Shown in pieces: positions 44,461 to 51,020 of a DNA stretch of 64,000 nt. Source of the DNA: Minisyncoccota bacterium (lineage in GTDB: Bacteria; Patescibacteriota; Minisyncoccia; Minisyncoccales; GWA2-38-27); NCBI GenBank assembly GCA_028697015.1, contig JAQVFW010000001.1, positions 3,603 through 67,602 of the forward strand, read 5' to 3'. Under the pieces are notes generated by a model. It ran no database searches. It had not been told where the DNA came from and saw only the letters and a program-made list of their open reading frames with translations. Made by a program: the position numbers and the translations under genes. Every line of letters begins with the position of its first letter. Positions within the stretch are counted from its first letter, which is position 1.

Positions 44461-45609
44461 ATGAAAAGAGGATTAATTATCGCTTTTGGCGAGTTATTTT
44501 TAAAATCAGAAGGAGTAAAAAGGATTTTCAAAAAGAAACTGGAGAATAATATTTTTTTTGTTTTAAAAAAGGAAAAAATTTCTTTCAAATTAATTTCATT
44601 ACGAGAAAGAATTTTTATTGAAACGGAAGATGTCAAAAAGGCAAAAAAAGCCCTAAAGAGAGTTTTTGGCATTTCTTGGATTTCAGAGAGTTTTTACTCT
44701 CATAAAATTGATTTGGAAAATCTTTTTTCTTTTATTTCTCAAAACTATATAAACTGGATAAAAGAGAAAGAAACTTTTGCTGTTAGGGTAAGAATTGAAG
44801 AAAAAATTATTAAAGAAAGCAAAAAAGAGTTAATCGAAAAAGCTGCAAAAATAATAGATAGAAAAGTAAAACTCAAAAAACCCGGCAAAGAGATCAATAT
44901 TGAAATAAGAAAGCACGGGCAATTTCTTTATTTTAAAAAAGAAAAAGGAGCTGGCGGCTTGCCCTATTCTTCTTCTGGCAGGGTTCTTATTCTAATGTCA
45001 GGTGGCATTGATTCTCCTGTTGCTTCACATTTAATTTCAAAAAGAGGAGGAGAATGTGTTTGGGTTCATTTTCATAGTTTTCCTCTTACTTCAAATAAAA
45101 GCATTGAAAAAATAAAAGAACTTGCAAAGGTTTTTTTAAAAACATATCCGAAGCTGAGAGTTTATTTCGTCCCTTTTCATAAAATACAGATGGAAATTAA
45201 ATCAAAATCCTCCCCTTTTTTAAGAGTTCTTCTTTATAGAAGAAAGATGATTCAAATTGCCGGCAAAATTGCCATAAAAGAAAAGTGCGAAGCGCTTGCT
45301 ACGGGAGAAAGCTTGGGACAGGTAAGTTCCCAGACCCTTTCCAATATAGCGATAACGTCGGAAATATCGAAACTTCCTATTTTAAGGCCTCTTATTTCAA
45401 GCGATAAAGAAGAAATAATAGAAACGGCAAAAGAAATAGGTGTTTTTGATATTTCAATAAAACCTCAAGAAGATTGTTGTACTCTTTTTGTTCCCAAGAA
45501 ATCAACAGGTAAAGGAAGTTTGGAGAAAATAAAGGAAATAGAAAAGATTCTTGATAATAAAATAACAAGAAAAGAGGAAAAAGAAGCTTTTTTTATTGAT
45601 TTTTGTTGA
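44461..45609 (+). CDS. thiI: tRNA 4-thiouridine synthase ThiI (no rhodanese domain)
   Basis: THUMP-like N-terminal half, LMSGGIDSPVA PP-loop, ATGESLGQVSSQT. Confidence 0.88.
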   Translation: MKRGLIIAFGELFLKSEGVKRIFKKKLENNIFFVLKKEKISFKLISLRERIFIETEDVKKAKKALKRVFGISWISESFYSHKIDLENLFSFISQNYINWIKEKETFAVRVRIEEKIIKESKKELIEKAAKIIDRKVKLKKPGKEINIEIRKHGQFLYFKKEKGAGGLPYSSSGRVLILMSGGIDSPVASHLISKRGGECVWVHFHSFPLTSNKSIEKIKELAKVFLKTYPKLRVYFVPFHKIQMEIKSKSSPFLRVLLYRRKMIQIAGKIAIKEKCEALATGESLGQVSSQTLSNIAITSEISKLPILRPLISSDKEEIIETAKEIGVFDISIKPQEDCCTLFVPKKSTGKGSLEKIKEIEKILDNKITRKEEKEAFFIDFC

Positions 45610-45656
45610 TATTGTTTTGGAAATACTCTATAATAAGATAAAAAAGGGAAAATATA

Positions 45657-45872
45657 ATGCTATTTTTTAAAAAAATGAAGGAAAAAGTACCGACAATATT
45701 GGCAATAGTGATAATAATACTGTTTTTTGTCGGAACAGTTGCGATAATCGTTTATCAATATTTAAAACTTGAAAGTGAAAATAAAAACTTTGAAACAAGT
45801 ATTATAGAAAAAGAGTTTATTAAAGGAAATTTCAAGGGAAACGAAAATTTGGACCAGATTGAGGATAAATAA
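45657..45872 (+). CDS. small single-TM protein
   Basis: ORF track. Has a TM segment ILAIVIIILFFVGTVAIIV. Confidence 0.3.
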   Translation: MLFFKKMKEKVPTILAIVIIILFFVGTVAIIVYQYLKLESENKNFETSIIEKEFIKGNFKGNENLDQIEDK

Positions 45873-46053
45873 TGCTATTTTTATCGTTTAAATTATTTTT
45901 TAAAAAAAGAAATGAAAATAGCGCTAAAAAGGTTTGTTTCTTGAAAAAGCTTGCAGTATTTGTCAAAATTAGGTTATAATAAGGCAAAAGGTCGCTTATC
46001 AAAAAATAAATGGGAACGGCAAGTTGGATCCGCCGCTCCCGACCAAGTTACTT

Positions 46054-46215
46054 ATGACCGAAGCTTATTGCGTAAAGTGCAAACAAAAAAGGGAAATGAA
46101 AGATGCAAAAGAAGTTGAAATGAAAGGAAAAGGGGATGTAAAAAGAAGAGCTATGACGGGAGTATGCCCCACCTGCGGAACGAAGATGTTTAGAATATTG
46201 GGAAAGGCGGAATAA
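46054..46215 (+). CDS. small zinc-ribbon protein (DUF5679-like)
   Basis: MTEAYCVKCKQKREM...GVCPTCGTKMFRILG has two CxxC pairs. ATG at 46054 inside ORF 46024..46215. GC is elevated relative to the flanks. Confidence 0.55.
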   Translation: MTEAYCVKCKQKREMKDAKEVEMKGKGDVKRRAMTGVCPTCGTKMFRILGKAE

Positions 46216-46267
46216 TTTTTTAACGGAAAAGGTTATACAGGCCTGTACAGGCATTTCTAAAAAAGAA

Positions 46268-46303
46268 GGGGCAGCGGGAATTATCCTGCTGCCCCTGATT
46301 TTT
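46268..46303 (+). terminator. intrinsic terminator
   Basis: GGGGCAGC...GCTGCCCC stem (46268-46295) followed by TGATTTTTT. Confidence 0.8.
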
Positions 46304-46313
46304 TAACATTTTT

Positions 46314-47201
46314 ATGAATAAAAAGGGATTATTTGTTCTTCTTTTTCTTTTTCTTCTTAATTTTTTTGCATGGAAGGAAGTATTTATTCTTAACCGTCCT
46401 GTTTTTCTTGAAGTGGATTTTTTTGATGTAGGGCAAGGAGATGCGACTTTTATTAAGACCCCGTTAAATCATAGAATTTTAATTGACGGAGGGCCTGATT
46501 CCTTTATCTTAGAGAAATTGTCTGAAAATATTCCTTTTTATGACAGAACAATTGATTTGATAATATTAACCCATCCCCATAGCGATCATTTAAGAGGACT
46601 TATTTCTGTTTTTGAGAGTTATGATGTTAAAAACTTAATTTGGAATGGAGTTATTGAAGATGCCGATGATTTCAGAAAATGGGAGAAGGCAATAGAGGGG
46701 AGAGAAAATGTTTTTATTGCCAAGTCCGGAATTAGAGTGCGTTCCGGTGAAGTTTTTTTTGATATATTGTATCCTTTCCAATTTTTAAAAGGACAAAGCT
46801 TTAAGGACAGTAATAATACTTCAATTGTTATAAGGATTAATCATAAAGAAAATGCTTTTTTATTTACTGGTGATAACTATAAAAATATTGAGTTTGAACT
46901 TATTGCCCTTCAGAAGGATTGCGAAGGAAAAGAAAGTTTATTTTGTAAAAATATGACGCTAAATTCAAATGTTTTACAAGCCGGACATCATGGAAGCAAG
47001 ACATCAACTTCTGAAGAATTTCTTTTTGCGGTTTCTCCTCAATTTGTCGTTATTTCATCAGGGAAGAACAATTCTTACGGCCATCCGAACCAAGAGGTCT
47101 TGGCGAATTTAAATAATTTTGGTATAAGTGTTTTAAGAACGGATGAGTTGGGAGATATTAAAATAGTCAGTGATGGAAAGATTATAAAAGTCGTTGATTA
47201 A
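46314..47201 (+). CDS. membrane-anchored MBL-fold hydrolase, ComEC C-terminal-domain-like
   Basis: FDVGQGDA, THPHSDH and AGHHGS motifs are typical of the ComEC/Rec2 beta-lactamase-like domain. Has an N-terminal TM. Confidence 0.75.
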   Translation: MNKKGLFVLLFLFLLNFFAWKEVFILNRPVFLEVDFFDVGQGDATFIKTPLNHRILIDGGPDSFILEKLSENIPFYDRTIDLIILTHPHSDHLRGLISVFESYDVKNLIWNGVIEDADDFRKWEKAIEGRENVFIAKSGIRVRSGEVFFDILYPFQFLKGQSFKDSNNTSIVIRINHKENAFLFTGDNYKNIEFELIALQKDCEGKESLFCKNMTLNSNVLQAGHHGSKTSTSEEFLFAVSPQFVVISSGKNNSYGHPNQEVLANLNNFGISVLRTDELGDIKIVSDGKIIKVVD

Positions 47202-47226
47202 AAAATATTATTTAAATTTTATTTTT

Positions 47227-47829
47227 ATGACAAACCCAAAAAAAGAAAGGTCTCTTGTAATAATTAAGCCCGATGGTGTTCAAAGGTCTCTTGTTGGAGA
47301 AATTATTTATCGTTTTGAAAGAGTAGGGTTAAAGGTGGTTGCTCTAAAGATGGTTTTGGCAAATGAAGACCAATGCCTAAAACATTATAATAAAGATGAT
47401 GCTTGGTTTAAGCAAAAAGGGGAAAGAAGCGTAGAAGAACGTAAAAATGCCAATATGCCGGTAGAAAAACCTGCTATTGAATATGGAAAAGACATTGTCA
47501 GGGCTTTGGTAAAATTTATGACTTCGGGGCCCGTAGTAGTTATTATTTTAGAGGGCAATCAAGCGGTTGGTATTGTAAAAAAAATAGTCGGAGGCACGGA
47601 ACCCTTAACTTCTGATGTCGGTACGATAAGGGGTGATTTAACTGTTGATTCTTATGATTTAGCAACACTGGATACCCGCGCAGTAAGGAATTTAATTCAT
47701 TGCTCTGATAGTCCCGATGAAGCAGAAAGAGAAATAGGGATATGGGTAAAAGAAAATGAAATTATTAACTATCGCCATATCCAAAGTAAAATGCTTTATG
47801 ATGTTAATTTAGACGGAATTTTAGAATAA
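47227..47829 (+). CDS. ndk: nucleoside diphosphate kinase (long form with insertion)
   Basis: ERSLVIIKPDGVQR and NLIHCSDS (catalytic His context). ATG at 47227 inside ORF 47194..47829. Confidence 0.88.
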   Translation: MTNPKKERSLVIIKPDGVQRSLVGEIIYRFERVGLKVVALKMVLANEDQCLKHYNKDDAWFKQKGERSVEERKNANMPVEKPAIEYGKDIVRALVKFMTSGPVVVIILEGNQAVGIVKKIVGGTEPLTSDVGTIRGDLTVDSYDLATLDTRAVRNLIHCSDSPDEAEREIGIWVKENEIINYRHIQSKMLYDVNLDGILE

Positions 47830-47839
47830 ATCTGCCTGT

Positions 47840-47867
47840 TTGACATTGATTTTCAAAGCGATATAAT
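47840..47867 (+). promoter_or_regulatory. sigma70-like promoter
   Basis: TTGACA (47840-47845), 16-nt spacer, TATAAT (47862-47867). Confidence 0.5.
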
Positions 47868-47873
47868 AAAATT

Positions 47874-48008
47874 GACCCTGTTCTCCTTTATTTAGTTTCT
47901 GGACTATAAGAATTTAAGGGGATTCCTAATTTGCGCTTGCCGAGGCAAGCGCCAGCGGAAACCCAATTTGGATTATTCTCCAAGATTCTATTTAAAGGAT
48001 GCAGGGTT
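47874..48008 (+). promoter_or_regulatory. candidate structured 5' leader (riboswitch-like)
   Basis: Closing helices 47874-47880/48002-48008 and 47884-47890/47993-47999. Central GC hairpin GCGCTTGC-cgag-GCAAGCGC (47933-47952). There is no ORF. Confidence 0.3.
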
Positions 48009-48025
48009 TTAAATAATTGTATAAA

Positions 48026-48232
48026 ATGAGTTCTAAAAAAATAAATAAAAAGACAACAATAAAAGAGATTTTAGAAATAGAAGGGGCAGAAGAGATTTTG
48101 GAAAAATATAATCTTCCCTGTTTGTCTTGTCCTATGGCTTCTTTTGAAATAAATTCTTTGCAAATAGGAGATGTTTCAAAAATGTACGGACTTGACGGAG
48201 ATTCTTTAATTAAAGAATTAAACAAGCTTTAA
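48026..48232 (+). CDS. DUF1858-type small redox-disulfide domain protein
   Basis: TIKEILEI...ILEKYNLPCLSCPMA pattern. ATG at 48026 inside ORF 48017..48232. Confidence 0.6.
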   Translation: MSSKKINKKTTIKEILEIEGAEEILEKYNLPCLSCPMASFEINSLQIGDVSKMYGLDGDSLIKELNKL

Positions 48233-49042
48233 ATGAAAAAAAGAATACAAATACTGTCGTTTTTTATTTTTTTCGTTTTATTTTTCCCCTTTTCTGGATT
48301 TGCTGCAGAAACAATTAACCTTCCTTTTTTAGGGGAGGTGAATTTGTTTCAATTTTCACTGCCTGTTCTATCTATTGTTCTTGGAACTATAGATGGGCTT
48401 AATGTTTGCTCGATTGGGGCGCTGGTTTTGATCTTGAGCATAGTTCTTGTTTTTAAAAAAAGATCTTCAATTTTATTTTTCGGAGGGCTTTTTTTATTTG
48501 TTGTTTCAATTGTTTACGGAATTTTGGTCATGTTTTGGTATCAGGTTTTTTCTTTTATTTTGCCTTTTTTTACTTATATGAGAGCGGCGATAAGCGCCAT
48601 TTCTTTTTTTGGAGGAATTTATTTCTTTAAAGAATTTTTACGGCTTAGAAAAGGCCTTACCTGCACGATGAGTAATAACAAGTTAGTTGAAAAGACGGTA
48701 AAACATCTTCAGGAATCGTTTTCTTCCAAAAAAAGTTTTTTTGCTTTAGTTCTATCTGTTATTTTTTTCACAGCGGTAGTGACTATAATTGAGTTTCCGT
48801 GTTCGGCAGCAATTCCAGTTGTCTTTACCAGTATTTTGGCTGAAAAAGGAGTTGGAATATTGGGATATCTTTTTTATATCTTACTTTATCTTTTCTTCTA
48901 TCTTTTGGATGAAATCGTGGTTTTTCTTGTTGCGGTTTTTACAAAAAAGATTTGGTTTAGAGAAGGGAAATTTATAACCTATGCAACTCTTGCGGGTTCT
49001 CTTGTTTTATTCTTTATCGCTTATTATTACGCTTTTTTATAA
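48233..49042 (+). CDS. polytopic membrane protein with two intramembrane Cys (CcdA/DsbD-like thiol-disulfide transporter)
   Basis: DGLNVCSIGAL and IEFPCSAAIP. It is a paralog by eye of 57461..58162 (DGIHPCAIAIL, CSIPCSGGIY). Confidence 0.45.
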   Translation: MKKRIQILSFFIFFVLFFPFSGFAAETINLPFLGEVNLFQFSLPVLSIVLGTIDGLNVCSIGALVLILSIVLVFKKRSSILFFGGLFLFVVSIVYGILVMFWYQVFSFILPFFTYMRAAISAISFFGGIYFFKEFLRLRKGLTCTMSNNKLVEKTVKHLQESFSSKKSFFALVLSVIFFTAVVTIIEFPCSAAIPVVFTSILAEKGVGILGYLFYILLYLFFYLLDEIVVFLVAVFTKKIWFREGKFITYATLAGSLVLFFIAYYYAFL

Positions 49043-49073
49043 TCGTTATAAGATTTTATTAATATTTTTTAAA

Positions 49074-49499
49074 ATGGAATCAAAAAAACAAATTATTATT
49101 TACGTCTTTATTATCTTGCTGGTTTTTTTCGGCATTGTTTTTTATAATTCCAAAAATAGTAATAGTAATTTGCAAATAGAAGAAAGCGCAGTTAATATTT
49201 ATTATTTTTGGGTTCAAGGATGTTCTTATTGTGCAGCTGAGTCAATATGGATAGAAGAAATGGAAGAAAAATATGAGAGTATAAATTTTTTGAAACTTGA
49301 GGCAAATAAAAATTCCGGTATTTTTTTAAGCTTATTGGAAAAATTTGATGTTTCATTAAATATGAGAGGAAGTGTTCCGGCCACTTTTATAGGAGATAAA
49401 TATTTTATAGGTTTTAATCAAGAAATAGGAGAAGAAATGGAAGAAAAAATAAAAGAGTGTTTTGAAGAAGAAAATTGCGTTAATCCTTTAAATAAATAA
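49074..49499 (+). CDS. membrane-anchored thioredoxin/glutaredoxin-like protein
   Basis: TM anchor, then WVQGCSYCAAE (CxxC). ATG at 49074 inside ORF 48981..49499. Confidence 0.65.
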   Translation: MESKKQIIIYVFIILLVFFGIVFYNSKNSNSNLQIEESAVNIYYFWVQGCSYCAAESIWIEEMEEKYESINFLKLEANKNSGIFLSLLEKFDVSLNMRGSVPATFIGDKYFIGFNQEIGEEMEEKIKECFEEENCVNPLNK

Positions 49500-49502
49500 A
49501 TT

Positions 49503-49754
49503 ATGTTTGATAAATTAAAACAACTTAAAAAAGCAAGAGATATTCAAAAAGCGCTGGAGAATAGGGAAATTGCTCATGAAAAAGAAGGAGTAAGCGTTAT
49601 TGTTGGCGGTAATTTAAAAATAAAAGAAATAAAGATCAATCCTTCTCTTGATAAGGAAAGACAGGAAGTTATTTTAAAAGATTGCCTAAATGAAGCAATG
49701 GAAAAAGTTCAAATGATGGCTGCAAGAGAAATATCTAATCTTGGCGGATTTTAA
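49503..49754 (+). CDS. YbaB/EbfC-family nucleoid-associated protein
   Basis: 83 aa. MFDKLKQLKKARDIQKAL... and the tail ...AMEKVQMMAAREISNLGG match the family pattern. Confidence 0.7.
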   Translation: MFDKLKQLKKARDIQKALENREIAHEKEGVSVIVGGNLKIKEIKINPSLDKERQEVILKDCLNEAMEKVQMMAAREISNLGGF

Positions 49755-49920
49755 TATTTATTCAAATATTATTGCCAAGAATATATTGCTTTGTTATAAT
49801 AAAAGAAAGATTATTTTCTTAAAAGCTTTTTTCTAAAATTTTTATTTTGCTTTGTTATAATAAACATAAAAAAAAGAGTTCTTCAAAAGGTCGAGGAGAA
49901 AAATTTAAAAAAACAAAAAA

Positions 49921-50547
49921 ATGTCAAATAATAGCGTAAAAGCAATAGTTATATTTAACGTAATATTTTTAGTTATTGTCGGAGGATTTTGGATAATTCT
50001 CTCAAGTAAGGAAATGGCAAAAACAGAAGAAATTGATCTTATTAAAGAGCAAATGAAAAAAGTGGAAGATTATGCAGGAGAAAAAGGATTCACTCGTCAA
50101 TTTCTATACGAAGGCCAATGGTATGCTAATGTTGATGGAAAATGGGTAGAGGCAGGCAGCCAAAGAGAAGCTCAAGTTATGAACTACGCAAGCAGAAACG
50201 GATTCACTCGTCAGCTTTTATACGAAGGCCAATGGTATGCTAATGTTGATGGAAAATGGGTAAGAGCAGGCAGCCAAAGAGAAGCTCAAGTTATGAACTA
50301 CGCAAGCAGAAACGGATTCACTCGTCAGCTTTTATATAGTGGCCAATGGTATGCTAATGTTGATGGAAAATGGACAGAAGCAGGCAGCCAAAGAGAAGCT
50401 CAAGTTATGAACTACGCAAGCAGAAACGGATTTACTAATCAACTTCTATACGAAGGCCAATGGTATGCTAATGTTGATGGAAAATGGGTAGAGGCAGGCA
50501 GCCAAGAGGAAGCAGCGTCTCTTTATGAAGCGGGAAGTATTAATTAA
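49921..50547 (+). CDS. membrane-anchored protein with 4 tandem 38-aa repeats
   Basis: N-terminal TM (AIVIFNVIFLVIVGGFWIIL), then four copies of GFTRQLLYEGQWYANVDGKWVEAGSQREAQVMNYASRN. Confidence 0.7.
   Translation: MSNNSVKAIVIFNVIFLVIVGGFWIILSSKEMAKTEEIDLIKEQMKKVEDYAGEKGFTRQFLYEGQWYANVDGKWVEAGSQREAQVMNYASRNGFTRQLLYEGQWYANVDGKWVRAGSQREAQVMNYASRNGFTRQLLYSGQWYANVDGKWTEAGSQREAQVMNYASRNGFTNQLLYEGQWYANVDGKWVEAGSQEEAASLYEAGSIN
50086..50520 (+). repeat. in-frame tandem repeat, 114-bp unit, about 3.8 copies
   Basis: Units start at 50086, 50200, 50314 and 50428, exactly 114 bp apart. Copies differ at only a few positions. Confidence 0.92.
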
Positions 50548-50578
50548 TGGTTTTTTATAAATAGAGTTTTTTATTTTT

Positions 50579-50617
50579 GGACTTGAGTTAAAAATATTTT
50601 TAACTCAAGTCCTTTTT
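50579..50617 (+). terminator. intrinsic terminator
   Basis: GGACTTGAGTTAAAAATATTTTTAACTCAAGTCC long hairpin followed by TTTTT. Confidence 0.8.
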
Positions 50618-51020
50618 AGGGCTCTGATAAAAAAATTCGACTATTTGTAGTTTTTAAAATTATTTAAAAAATATTCAAAAGTATTTTTTTTGTTTTTTTA
50701 TAGGAGTGGTAATAATTTTTGCTTGTAATTCCGAAAAAGAGATTTTAATGTTAAATTGTTTACAGTAGAAGATATCATATTTGATAGAAATTTCCATTTA
50801 ATTATAATAAAAAAAGGAAGGAATTATAAATAACTATTTTTTAAATTGCTTTTTATCTGAGAAAAACGGATATCTTTTTTAAAAACTTGAAAATGTCATT
50901 TTCGATAAAGAAGGAAAAATAAAAAGAAGGTTCAATTTTAAGATAAAATCACAAACTTTAGATGAACTTTTTTATTTTTGTCTTAACCTGCTTAATTAAT
51001 ATAATTTTTAATTGGCAATA

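Noticed and set aside
50086-50520. Regularly spaced 114-bp direct repeats as a possible CRISPR-like array.
   Set aside because: The units are directly abutting with no spacers, lie in frame within a coding region, and are far longer than CRISPR repeats. No cas genes are in the window.
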